Shown here one piece after another: positions 33,785 to 42,729 of a stretch of 64,000 bases of DNA. The stretch is taken from assembly GCA_963708045.1 (NCBI GenBank), contig OY970181.1, forward strand, positions 579,740 through 643,739, in the 5' to 3' direction. The notes under the pieces are model-generated. The model made no database searches and was not told the origin of the DNA. It saw only the letters and a program-made list of their open reading frames with translations. The DNA is from an uncultured bacterium. GTDB taxonomy: Bacteria > Patescibacteriota > Patescibacteriia > CAIQCM01. Each line of letters opens with the position of its first letter. The stretch's first letter is position 1. A program made the translations under genes and the position numbers.

Positions 33785-36553
33785 ATGGCCAAAAGAGCCG
33801 CCGCTGAAAAAATAAATCCAAACGAAGAATTAAAAGGCCCCGAAGCGCGTGGCGAACTTCGTCTTCTTGATACGGAAGAAATGTTTGTTGATGAAAAGGC
33901 GCTAGCTGAAGAAGAAACGGCGCGAGCGGCAGATGAGGCCGAAGCAACGGCGCAAGAAATCTCCGGCGCAGGCGAGCTAACCACTGATGAGCACATGGAA
34001 AATTTAAGACTCGCGACCGAAGCCCGTGATTTGCGCACCGAAGAATTAGGTGAAATTGAAATTCTGGGCGATGATCTTTCGTCAGTTGTAAGTGGTGAGA
34101 AGCGGGCGCCTGCGTCCAAAGTGGAAACAGCTAAAGTTTCTTTAGAAAATGAAATGCGCGCGGCGGGACGTAATTTAGCTTTGCTTGAAGCAAAATTAAG
34201 AAGCGGCAAGGCAACGCCCGAAGACGAAGCAGCTTTTGCCGAAGCGCAACAGGTATATGAAGACAAACGTTTGGAATACGTCGGCGACAGTTTTGAAAGA
34301 TTTGCCGCAACGCAAAAACAGCAAATAGAAGCGCGTCGCGAAGCTTTAACAATAGAAAAGGGTTTCCTCAAAAAGGTTTGTGACGGTTATAAAAAATTAG
34401 GCGAAATGAATTTAGAAAAAGCCGGTTGGAAACCTGACAGCAAGGTCGGGAAAATCGTGGCTAAAATGGCCTCGGTTAGAACGGCGATTACCGTCGGTTT
34501 GCTCGCGGGTTCGGCTATTGTTGGCGCGGGCACGGCTGTTGGTCTTGGCGCGATTGCCGCGCGGCGGATGCTTTCCGGTCTTGGTACAAGTATTTCTGTT
34601 TATGGTCTTTCAAAGCGTTTTAGTGAAGCTCGTCTAGACGCAAATTATTCCACCGAAAAAGTTGCCACAATGAACGGAGGCGAAGTGGTTGAGGGGTTGG
34701 ATAAATTTGAAGCCGAAGCGCTTACGGGCGGACGAAGCTTGGAAGGTAATGCGGCTTATGACGCGCTTCAAAAACGTTTTATTGAAGTAACTAACGATAG
34801 GCAATTAGGACAGAAAGAAGATGTGAGGATGATGATGAGAAATACCGACATGTCGGTTGAAAAGAGGCGGCAACAAGCGGCAGTAAGCAATATAAAAAAA
34901 GGAATTGTTGCCGGTTTGGCCGGGATTTTTGTCGGTTCGGGCGCGCTTGCAAAAATTTTTGGACACGGGACACATTTTGTTGGAGAAAAAATGGGAATTG
35001 TTAAAAAAGCTGGCAAAGCGGTTGTCGCGGCCAGGGAAACAACTGTTGTTCCAAACGCTGGCGTTGTACACGAAGTTGCAAGCGCCAAGGTTGAACATAT
35101 CTCAAATGTAACCCTACCAAACGAACCGGGCGCTGATGTTTTAGATGATCGTCAGTTTAATGTTTTGGGAAAGAGCGAGGTTCAGGTTGCAGGTGGAGTT
35201 GCTTTACCACAAGAGTTGCCAAATACCGAAGTAACGGCTGGTGTGCAAGTAACGCCCGAAGGTGAGATAAAAATAATCAAACCGGTCGCGGGCGAAGCAG
35301 TGCCCAGTGCGGAAGAGATCAAAGCCTCGGAAATCGTAAAAGGCGACAGCTATGCCAAGGTTGTTGAACGTAATCTTACGGCAAATCCGGAAAAATTCGG
35401 TTATAATCCGGCAGAAGACGGAAGTGTCACGGCATGGGCAAGAAAAATGCGCGGAACGATTTTGCGCGAAAACGGTTTGGTCTCGGCTGATCGCGAAATG
35501 CGTTTGCGTTTTGACCCCAAGCACCCTGGCCATGTTTCTTTGACTGTTCAGGGCGGACACATTAGCGTTGAAAAAACCGGCGTTCGGGATTATGTTTTTG
35601 GGAAACAAATTCCTCACCTTGCCGAAACGTCGGCGCCAGCCGAACCGTCCATTCCAAAAATTGTTGAAACCTCTAAATTTGACGCGCCGGTTACGCTTGA
35701 AACGCCGTCAATTAAAGTTACGGGAATTCCCGAACTTACCGGCGAACACGTAAGCGGTCACGTTGGCGCGCCCGAGCGTCAGCTGGGGTCGGTTGTTTAT
35801 GAATATAAGGCCAGCGCTGGCGCGCATTCTGTCGCGATGAATGGCGGAGAAAATCTTGGCAAGGGTACGCTAAAAAGCCAAGAAACAATCAACACGATTT
35901 TTAAAGATCGCAGCAAGCAGCTTCAAGGGTTACGCGAAGGTTACGAAGAAGCGCACCGCCAAGGCCAAAAACAGATGGAGACGCGCTTGTTCACTGGTTA
36001 TAATGCTGTCGTTCGCGAGGCTAACGGAAAATTAGGAAATATTTTTAAGGAAATTCAACCAATTAAGGGCGAGGCAATAATGCCGACACTTGTTAAGGCA
36101 AAAGCAACACTCGCCGAACACTTAACTTCGTCCGCGTCTGATTCCTCAAAATTAGCCCCGCCTCCTTTTGAAGCAAAATTTCCGGCTGCGGTTGTTGATC
36201 TCAAAAGCGGCGGGCAAGTGGAATTTTTACGCGACGCCTCTGGCAAATTAATTGGCGTCAATATTAACGAAAAGTTGAGCGAAGCCGCTCGCGCCAAGGC
36301 CGACAAAATGCTTCAGGGTGACTGGCTAAAAAGAGCAACGGAAAATTACACGGGCAAAGAAACTGATATTTCAAAGTTTAAAACCAGCATTCTAGAAAAA
36401 GTCCGACGACTCGTTGCTTACGAAAAAGTGGCCAATGATTTGGTCAAAATGAATGCGCCCGAAGACCAAGTTGATTTGGTAAAACGCAAAACCTTGGCAC
36501 TGGCTCGTACTATTAAGAAAACATACGGCGACGATATTTTTAAGAAAGCCTAA
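33785..36553 (+). CDS. Large (922 aa) hypothetical membrane protein with an acidic N-terminal coiled-coil region and internal TM segments
   Basis: The N-terminal ~200 aa is Glu/Ala-rich coiled coil. The TM-like segments are ITVGLLAGSAIVGAGTAVGLGAIAA and IVAGLAGIFVGSGALAKIF. The C-terminal ~550 aa is globular. No recognisable catalytic motif. Confidence 0.6.
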   Translation: MAKRAAAEKINPNEELKGPEARGELRLLDTEEMFVDEKALAEEETARAADEAEATAQEISGAGELTTDEHMENLRLATEARDLRTEELGEIEILGDDLSSVVSGEKRAPASKVETAKVSLENEMRAAGRNLALLEAKLRSGKATPEDEAAFAEAQQVYEDKRLEYVGDSFERFAATQKQQIEARREALTIEKGFLKKVCDGYKKLGEMNLEKAGWKPDSKVGKIVAKMASVRTAITVGLLAGSAIVGAGTAVGLGAIAARRMLSGLGTSISVYGLSKRFSEARLDANYSTEKVATMNGGEVVEGLDKFEAEALTGGRSLEGNAAYDALQKRFIEVTNDRQLGQKEDVRMMMRNTDMSVEKRRQQAAVSNIKKGIVAGLAGIFVGSGALAKIFGHGTHFVGEKMGIVKKAGKAVVAARETTVVPNAGVVHEVASAKVEHISNVTLPNEPGADVLDDRQFNVLGKSEVQVAGGVALPQELPNTEVTAGVQVTPEGEIKIIKPVAGEAVPSAEEIKASEIVKGDSYAKVVERNLTANPEKFGYNPAEDGSVTAWARKMRGTILRENGLVSADREMRLRFDPKHPGHVSLTVQGGHISVEKTGVRDYVFGKQIPHLAETSAPAEPSIPKIVETSKFDAPVTLETPSIKVTGIPELTGEHVSGHVGAPERQLGSVVYEYKASAGAHSVAMNGGENLGKGTLKSQETINTIFKDRSKQLQGLREGYEEAHRQGQKQMETRLFTGYNAVVREANGKLGNIFKEIQPIKGEAIMPTLVKAKATLAEHLTSSASDSSKLAPPPFEAKFPAAVVDLKSGGQVEFLRDASGKLIGVNINEKLSEAARAKADKMLQGDWLKRATENYTGKETDISKFKTSILEKVRRLVAYEKVANDLVKMNAPEDQVDLVKRKTLALARTIKKTYGDDIFKKA

Positions 36554-36563
36554 TCATTGTCTT

Positions 36564-37316
36564 GTGTCTGAATATTATACGGCCCAGCGTACTAAGGGAT
36601 TGTTTGATCCAAAAGCAACCGAACCGTTTAAATTGTCGCGTTCAAAAATAGATTTATTTTTGGAGTGCCCGCGCTGTTTTTATTTGGATCGCCGTCTTGG
36701 TGTCGGTCGCCCGCCGGGTTTTCCCTTTGCTCTAAATTCGGCCGTTGATCATTTGCTTAAAAAAGAATTTGATATTTACCGCGCCAAAAACGCGGCGCAT
36801 CCGCTCATAGAAAAATATGGCATAGAGGCACGTCCGGTTGCACATAATGACTTGGAAAAATGGCGGCATAATTTTACTGGCGTTCAATGTTTGCATAAGC
36901 CGACCAATTTTCTTGTCTTTGGCGCGATTGACGACCTTTGGATAAATCCAGCGGGGGAGTATATCGTGGTTGACTATAAAGCAACGGCAAAGGAAGAGGC
37001 GATAACCGAACTTAACAAAGATTGGCACCGTGGTTATAAGCGCCAGATGGAAATTTACGAATGGCTGCTTCGGCAAAATGGCTACCAAGTTTCCGATACC
37101 GGTTATTTTGTTTATTGCAATGGCAAGACCGACCGCGCGGCCTTTGACGCCAAATTGGAATTTGACGTCACCCTTATTCCATACAAAGGCGATGCTTCGT
37201 GGGTGGACGATGTACTATCCCGCGCCCGCGCGTGTCTCGTTGCCGATAAAATTCCTTTTGCTTCCTTTTCTTGCGATTACTGCGCGTATATTAAAGCGAT
37301 AAACAATAATAATTAA
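36564..37316 (+). CDS. PD-(D/E)xK nuclease, Cas4-like (DUF83-type, putative Fe-S cluster)
   Basis: The N-terminal Cys motif is LFLECPRCFYLD. The nuclease core is GAIDDLWINPAGEYIVVDYKAT (D...EYK variant). The C-terminal Cys triad is SFSCDYCAY. Cys spacing (one N-terminal plus CxxC..C C-terminal) matches Cas4/AddB-type nucleases. No CRISPR array is nearby. Confidence 0.6.
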   Translation: MSEYYTAQRTKGLFDPKATEPFKLSRSKIDLFLECPRCFYLDRRLGVGRPPGFPFALNSAVDHLLKKEFDIYRAKNAAHPLIEKYGIEARPVAHNDLEKWRHNFTGVQCLHKPTNFLVFGAIDDLWINPAGEYIVVDYKATAKEEAITELNKDWHRGYKRQMEIYEWLLRQNGYQVSDTGYFVYCNGKTDRAAFDAKLEFDVTLIPYKGDASWVDDVLSRARACLVADKIPFASFSCDYCAYIKAINNNN

Positions 37317-37324
37317 AATTTTTT

Positions 37325-37870
37325 ATGAAACAACAAAAAAGCGCGTTTAATTTGATCGTGCTCGCCGCGACCGTTCTCGCCGTTGTAATAATTTTTATTG
37401 CCGCCAAAAAACCAGCTTTGTCACCCGAACAAAGCAAGTTTGCCGAGCTAGTTCTGCCGTTTTCGTCAGAAAAAAAAGTCACGCTTTACTATTCGTCGGT
37501 TGATCAAATAAAATATTGCAACGGCGACGATATGGATAGCGTCGGTTACGGAAAAACATTGGATAAAAAAATTTCTTTTCCTTTGCCAGAATCGCTTAAG
37601 ACCCCTGAAGAAAAATTTTCGTATTTGATGGACGTCGGCGCGAGTTATGTTGGTGGGGCGTCTTCTTGTCCAAGTGCGTTTCTAAAAGATTTGCAGCTGA
37701 AGGTGAAAAATAATGTCGCGTATTTATATAACCCCGGCGGCGGTTGGGCTGGTTTTTCTATCGCGATGTGCGCCTGTGAACCGTTTCTCAACAAAAATCT
37801 TAGCGGTTTGTTTGGCGTTACAAAAACGTCTTGGGATGCTTCGCAAGCCGAATGGGACGCGATTAAATAA
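37325..37870 (+). CDS. Hypothetical membrane-anchored Cys-containing protein
   Basis: 181 aa. An N-terminal TM helix (LIVLAATVLAVVIIFIAA) is followed by an extracytoplasmic domain with 6 Cys. Confidence 0.45.
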   Translation: MKQQKSAFNLIVLAATVLAVVIIFIAAKKPALSPEQSKFAELVLPFSSEKKVTLYYSSVDQIKYCNGDDMDSVGYGKTLDKKISFPLPESLKTPEEKFSYLMDVGASYVGGASSCPSAFLKDLQLKVKNNVAYLYNPGGGWAGFSIAMCACEPFLNKNLSGLFGVTKTSWDASQAEWDAIK

Positions 37871-37902
37871 TTTCTAATCAACAAAAAATAATTAAAATAA
37901 AT

Positions 37903-38631
37903 ATGAAGTTCATTCGCCCAGGTCTAATTATTTTAGCGGCATTTATTTTAACGTATTTAATACCGTCGTTTGCGCCGCTCGCGCTATTTTCCGGTTTTGA
38001 TTTTGCCGCGTCTGTTCTTTTTGCGGCGATTTTCGGCGCCTTTTCAATATTGGCCATTTCGCGCCGCGAACGGCTTAAGGAGACGATTGCAATGGAACTT
38101 AACAAGATTCGCCGCATTTACCATCTTGGAAAAAATTTGTCGGGCGGCGAATATATACGCGCTTGGTTTACTCAGCTCCACGGTTTTGTCTATGAATATC
38201 TTGGTTCGTTTGAAAAAAACTCCATCATAAAATACGACCAAAACAACGCTGCGTTTAGAAAATTGGCATACCACATATATGCCATTCCTGAAATTCGTGA
38301 AGTAAAAGAAGAAGCGTTATATAATGGCTTGCTTAAAGCGGCTGGCGAAGTTTCCGAGGCGCGGCAAAAAGTTAGCAGTCTCCTAAAGGCGCGATTTTAT
38401 TCCAATCACTGGTTTGAACTGCTGATTGCGTTAATTCTTTTTGTCGTCACGATTTTGTCGTCGGCAAGCGATAACACTGGCGCTCGCTTTGTGACCTTTG
38501 CGACTTTATCACTTGGTCTTTTGCTTGCAGAATTTTATTTTGAGCACGATTTTTTGTCCGAAGAAACAGCACGTCATTTAGCCGATGAATACGTTGATAA
38601 TATTGGCCGACTGGAGTTAAAAAGAGAGTAG
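37903..38631 (+). CDS. Hypothetical integral membrane protein (2+2 TM topology, DUF4239-like)
   Basis: Two N-terminal TM helices, a soluble helical middle, and two C-terminal TM helices (LLIALILFVVTILSS / FATLSLGLLLAEFYF). Confidence 0.45.
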   Translation: MKFIRPGLIILAAFILTYLIPSFAPLALFSGFDFAASVLFAAIFGAFSILAISRRERLKETIAMELNKIRRIYHLGKNLSGGEYIRAWFTQLHGFVYEYLGSFEKNSIIKYDQNNAAFRKLAYHIYAIPEIREVKEEALYNGLLKAAGEVSEARQKVSSLLKARFYSNHWFELLIALILFVVTILSSASDNTGARFVTFATLSLGLLLAEFYFEHDFLSEETARHLADEYVDNIGRLELKRE

Positions 38632-38647
38632 TTATTAAAGCGATTAA

Positions 38648-38680
38648 AACTCCTCCGCCTCTGGCGGGGGAGTTTTGTTT
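38648..38680 (+). terminator. Rho-independent terminator
   Basis: actcctccgcc-tct-ggcgggggagt followed by tttgttt. Confidence 0.6.
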
Positions 38681-38812
38681 ATTGTCACCTTGACAGAAAG
38701 GCTGGGAAATGAGAAAAATAGTGATGCTCTTTTTATTGGACAAATTGCTAAACGCTGCATAGTGCGGTGTTTTGATCTATGTTCGTTCGGAAAGAAAGGA
38801 TCGGGTAGCCAT

Positions 38813-39421
38813 ATGGGTAGCCTGTTCAAACCAAGAATTCGCAAGCTCCGCAGATTTTTTTCAGCCCTGCTTAAAGCTGGGCTTACTTATTCCTTGTTTG
38901 ATGAGATAATCGCGAACCATTCGCTTGCGCTTGCAATGGTTGCGAAGGGTAATGATATTTTCTGGAAGGCGGCTGATGCCTTCACGGTGGTTTTGGTTGG
39001 AATGTTACAACCAGCGTTCGCTGAATTAGAAAATTTATTTGCCTGGGTCAATCCCGCTTATCGCGAAATTCGGTTTTTGCCGACGGTTGAGTTAAAACGC
39101 GCTAAACGAAACAAGCGGTCGGTTACATTCTACTACTTTCGGATGAAGCGGCTCGCGACGACCGCCGAGATCATCGCGGCCATTGAAGCCGCCGGTTTTC
39201 GCCCAGTGCTTTACGAAGAGTTTCTCGCCTTTGTTGGGGCACATCCAAACGAACAGAATAAGTTTCCGATCGCCGCGCTTGGTTCGTTTGCATGGCTTGA
39301 AGGAAAGGTTTGTTACGCTTTTGCCGACGCGCTTGGCAAAGCACGCGGCCTTAACCTTGTCCGCGATTTTGATGGCCGCAAGTGGCTAAGCGATTTCGTC
39401 TTCTTGGTCGCCGAGAAGTAG
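38813..39421 (+). CDS. Hypothetical protein
   Basis: The ORF-track start (38675) overlaps the upstream terminator. The in-frame ATG at 38813 is preceded by an aaaggatcg SD-like site. No recognisable domain. GC and codon usage are slightly atypical. Confidence 0.4.
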   Translation: MGSLFKPRIRKLRRFFSALLKAGLTYSLFDEIIANHSLALAMVAKGNDIFWKAADAFTVVLVGMLQPAFAELENLFAWVNPAYREIRFLPTVELKRAKRNKRSVTFYYFRMKRLATTAEIIAAIEAAGFRPVLYEEFLAFVGAHPNEQNKFPIAALGSFAWLEGKVCYAFADALGKARGLNLVRDFDGRKWLSDFVFLVAEK

Positions 39422-39426
39422 CCAAC

Positions 39427-39466
39427 GCCCCCACCAAGCACTCGTGCTTAGGTGGGGGTTTTCATT
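39427..39466 (+). terminator. Rho-independent terminator
   Basis: cccccacc-aagcactcgtgcttag-gtggggg followed by ttttcattt. Confidence 0.7.
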
Positions 39467-39487
39467 TAACAAAAAGTTGGTACTGTC

Positions 39488-39516
39488 TTGACCAAACAAC
39501 GAAGATTGGTTAGTAT
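39488..39516 (+). promoter_or_regulatory. Sigma70-type promoter for rplJ-rplL
   Basis: TTGACC (39488-39493), then a 17-nt spacer, then TAGTAT (39511-39516). Confidence 0.55.
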
Positions 39517-39672
39517 TCAAGCACAAGGGTTTAAGCCCTTGCCACAGACCGCAGGAAGGCTATATTAAGCCGTTAATTCCGCAAGGATCCTGCCGAGGCA
39601 AAAGGTCGAATCTCCACTTTCAGGTGGAGAATTTGTCTGTGGTGTCTCTAAAAGAGAACCACATATTTTTTT
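39517..39672 (+). ncRNA. Ribosomal protein L10 (rplJ) leader, putative autoregulatory L10(L12)4-binding 5'UTR
   Basis: ~155-nt structured untranslated leader between promoter and rplJ. It contains gcacaagggtttaagcccttgc and ctccactttcaggtggag hairpins. Its position and length match the conserved L10 leader of bacteria. Confidence 0.45.
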
Positions 39673-40197
39673 ATGGCAAAAACTAGATTACAAAAAGAAC
39701 AAACGCTTGCCGACTTAACGGCGGCTTTTGTGTCTTCAAAATCGGCCGTGATCGTGAACTACCAAGGGCTTAAAGTTAAGGAAGCCGAAGAGCTCCGTCG
39801 CAAGGCCGAAAAAGAAGGTATTGGTTACGTTGTCGCTAAAAAGACTTTGATCACCAAAGCGCTTAAGGCGGCCGGAACCGAATACGACGTGACCGCGCTT
39901 GGCGGTATGATCGGCGTCGCAACGTCCAAAGACGAAGTTGCCGCCGCTCGTTTGCTTGCGGAATTTAGCAAGGCACACGAGTCAATGAAGATTTTAAGCG
40001 CGGTTGTTGATGGCAAAATCATTAACGCCATCGGTGTTCAGGCGCTTGCGTCACTCCCGTCGCGTGAAGTTCTTCTTGCCCAGGTTGTTGGCACGATCAA
40101 CGCTCCAGTTTCTGGATTCGTTAATGTTCTTGCCGGCAATCTTCGCGGCCTTATGAACGTTCTTAATTCAATTAAGGACGCTAAAGTCGCCGCCTAA
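39673..40197 (+). CDS. rplJ: 50S ribosomal protein L10
   Basis: MAKTRLQKEQTLADLTAAFVSSKSAVIVNYQGLKVKEAEELRRKA... is the canonical L10 N-terminus and length (174 aa). Confidence 0.95.
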   Translation: MAKTRLQKEQTLADLTAAFVSSKSAVIVNYQGLKVKEAEELRRKAEKEGIGYVVAKKTLITKALKAAGTEYDVTALGGMIGVATSKDEVAAARLLAEFSKAHESMKILSAVVDGKIINAIGVQALASLPSREVLLAQVVGTINAPVSGFVNVLAGNLRGLMNVLNSIKDAKVAA

Positions 40198-40242
40198 TTC
40201 CTTATTCTAACCTCTAACCTCTAACCTCTAATCTCTATAAAT

Positions 40243-40647
40243 ATGTCAGACGAAAAGAAAGAAGTGATCGTTCCTGAAAAGTTCACGTCGATCGTCAAAT
40301 CGATCGAAGAGCTTTCGGTACTCGATCTCTCGGAGCTCGTTAAAACGCTTGAAGAAAAGTTCGGCGTTTCCGCCGCCGCCCCAGCCATGATGATGGCCGC
40401 CGCTCCGGCTGCTGCCGCCGCCGCGGTTGAAGAAAAGTCCGAATTCACCGTTGAACTCACCGACGCTGGCGCGAACAAGATCAACGTGATCAAGGCGATT
40501 CGCGAAGTTACTCAACTTGGTCTTAAAGAAGCCAAGGACATCGTTGACAGCGCACCTAAGGTTGTAAAGGAAGGCGTACCGAAGGCCGATGCCGAAGTCT
40601 GGAAGAAAAAGATGGAAGAAGCAGGCGGCAAGGTAACCTTGAAATAA
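40243..40647 (+). CDS. rplL: 50S ribosomal protein L7/L12
   Basis: It has an Ala/Pro hinge ([22 protein letters not shown]) and the C-terminal domain [67 protein letters not shown]. Confidence 0.95.
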   Translation: MSDEKKEVIVPEKFTSIVKSIEELSVLDLSELVKTLEEKFGVSAAAPAMMMAAAPAAAAAAVEEKSEFTVELTDAGANKINVIKAIREVTQLGLKEAKDIVDSAPKVVKEGVPKADAEVWKKKMEEAGGKVTLK

Positions 40648-40663
40648 TTTTAAGGAAACCACA

Positions 40664-40698
40664 TAAAAAAATTCTCCGTGAAAACGGAGAATTTTTTT
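40664..40698. terminator. Bidirectional rho-independent terminator
   Basis: aaaaaaa-ttctccgtg-aaa-acggagaa-tttttttt. It serves rplL on + and the convergent gene ending at 40713 on -. Confidence 0.75.
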
Positions 40699-40712
40699 TG
40701 AAAACTTTCAGC

Positions 40713-42686
40713 CTATTTGGCAATTGAAAACACAAACGTTTTGCCTTTGTCGGTAGCGAGGTAAATATTTTTTGCGGCTTCATCAACGGTAAAGGCAGTT
40801 GGTTTTCCGTTTTCTTCAGGCACAGAATACTGGGCGCTAAGTTTGCCGCTACTAGTCCATTCGGCAATTGTTCCGTCGCCGCCCAAAAGGTAAAGATTGT
40901 TTCCAATGAAAAGCGTTTTTGGGTCAAGGTTGGCCGTGGCGCCCGAGGCGCTAAAAGACGAGCGATTTCCTTTTACAAAATCATAAATCGCGTCGCCGGG
41001 AATGGCGGAAAAGATTGATCCGTCAACGGCGATCGTGGCAATGCCTTTGCCGGTAACTGCGGTTTTAAGCCATGGCGTGCCGCTTCCAAAACCGTTTCCA
41101 CTGGGGTTAATCTTAAGAATTTGTGTGCCATCGGACGTGACAACATACATTCGTCCATTCCAAAAACCGCCCGCGCGCGAGTTGTCTGGGCCGCTATATG
41201 GTAGGGAGGAGGGAATGGGATTTTTAGGATCAAAGGCAAGTAATGTTTTGTTTGATAGCATGAAATAAAGTTTATCGCCGTTTATCGCCGACCAAACCGT
41301 CGTTGCGGGAAAGGTGGCAAGGCTTTTTGCTTTGCCGTCGTTGATCGCGAAAAGATCATTGCCCGACGTGACGTAAAAAGTTCCGCCTAAAGCGAGCATC
41401 GTGGACGGTGTTCCACCAAGGTCGGCAAGAGCGGCGGTTTTGGCGGTGTAAATATGTTTAAGACGGCGAGTCAAATCGTCAAGCCGTGCTTTTAGTGATT
41501 CGCGGTCGGTTTTTTCTTGTTTGGTTTTGTCGGGGAGTTTAGCAAATTCTGTTTCTGCCGAAGCAATAAGATTGGCCGATCTAATCTCGTCGTAAATAAT
41601 ACTGCTTTCGGCTTCGTCGGCGAGGTCGTTTACTTTTTTTATTGAGGCAGTGTAAAGCGCAGCGTCGTTTATCGCGTGCTTTTTTAAGGAAATAACCTCG
41701 GCGCTTAAGAAAAAGATGCCACAGAGTGTGATCGCGACAAGCAGAGAAATTTTTGCCCGACGTGGCAGTTGGTTGACCTTGTCTAAAAATACGCTTGAAG
41801 AGAATTTTTTTGCGAGACGGGGGAATGGTTGCTTATTGTTTTTTTCTTTTGAAGCGATTATTTTGCTAATGACGTTCTGCAATTTTGGAATGCTGGATGG
41901 TTCAAGAACGCGGGCGACTTCTTCTTCGCGCGAAAGCATAGCTTTTACCGAAGGGTTTTCCTGTTTGATTTCTTGCACGCGGGAGGCGCTTAAACGGATA
42001 ATGAGACCAAGCGCTGGATTTGTCGGGCGGTTTTGGAGCGTCATATTCCGCAGGTGTGAACCAAGTGCGGCGGGATCGGCTTCGGTCGTCGTTTGGACAA
42101 AGTCGGCAATCGGGACGGTTTTTGACATCGTCTCGTTCGTAACAAGAATAACATCATCGGGATCCATTTTTCCGGAAACAACCGAAGAAAGCAGACGATC
42201 GTTTGGTTCAATTTCGTCATTAAGACCGCTCAAAATATCAATGACTTTGACGGGTTTACCTTTTCCTCTCCGCATAAAGTAGGCAAAGACGTTGCCATGC
42301 GCCGCAAGGTGAATATTTTCACCCGCAATAACACCAAAAACAAGCTGAACATTTTCTTTGTCCAGTCTGATTCTGTTTTCGGAGGCAACTTCAAAAATTC
42401 GTCTTTCTATTCGGCGCAGAGCATTTTCAAAATATTCCTCTTGGTTTTCTCCGGGGCGAAGCGCGCCCTGTCCGTAGATTGCAATAAGTTCATGGTCAAT
42501 TGCCGCGAGAATTTTATCTACTTGCGGCGTGCGCAGCATATTTAGCTCTACAAAACCAAAAACGCGCCCCAAGGCGGCTTCGCGCTCGCTAGTTAGGGCG
42601 GGGAGGTAAGTGCGGGCGCGAACGGTTGTTTGCTCGCGGCCAAGAGCAACTTCGTCTACCCGTGCGTTGTAGGAAAAAATTGCCAT
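40713..42686 (-). CDS. Hypothetical bitopic membrane protein: N-terminal cytoplasmic domain, one TM helix, coiled coil, C-terminal extracytoplasmic beta-propeller-like domain
   Basis: 657 aa. The TM helix is ISLLVAITLCGIFFLSAEVISL at ~aa 320. The C-terminal 250 aa is Gly/Thr/Ser-rich with repeated beta-strand motifs (LYFMLSNKTLLAFD, MYVVTSDGTQILKIN, LYLLGGDGTIAEW). Confidence 0.5.
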   Translation of the reverse strand: MAIFSYNARVDEVALGREQTTVRARTYLPALTSEREAALGRVFGFVELNMLRTPQVDKILAAIDHELIAIYGQGALRPGENQEEYFENALRRIERRIFEVASENRIRLDKENVQLVFGVIAGENIHLAAHGNVFAYFMRRGKGKPVKVIDILSGLNDEIEPNDRLLSSVVSGKMDPDDVILVTNETMSKTVPIADFVQTTTEADPAALGSHLRNMTLQNRPTNPALGLIIRLSASRVQEIKQENPSVKAMLSREEEVARVLEPSSIPKLQNVISKIIASKEKNNKQPFPRLAKKFSSSVFLDKVNQLPRRAKISLLVAITLCGIFFLSAEVISLKKHAINDAALYTASIKKVNDLADEAESSIIYDEIRSANLIASAETEFAKLPDKTKQEKTDRESLKARLDDLTRRLKHIYTAKTAALADLGGTPSTMLALGGTFYVTSGNDLFAINDGKAKSLATFPATTVWSAINGDKLYFMLSNKTLLAFDPKNPIPSSLPYSGPDNSRAGGFWNGRMYVVTSDGTQILKINPSGNGFGSGTPWLKTAVTGKGIATIAVDGSIFSAIPGDAIYDFVKGNRSSFSASGATANLDPKTLFIGNNLYLLGGDGTIAEWTSSGKLSAQYSVPEENGKPTAFTVDEAAKNIYLATDKGKTFVFSIAK

Positions 42687-42729
42687 AATTGATTATTTAT
42701 TATACCTTGATATAAGCAAATCATCAACA

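Noticed and set aside
33742-34371. 209-aa minus-strand ORF overlapping the start of the 922-aa gene
   Set aside because: It is a Ser/Ala-rich low-complexity antisense product of the GAA/GCG-rich acidic coiled-coil coding region. No start context or homology.
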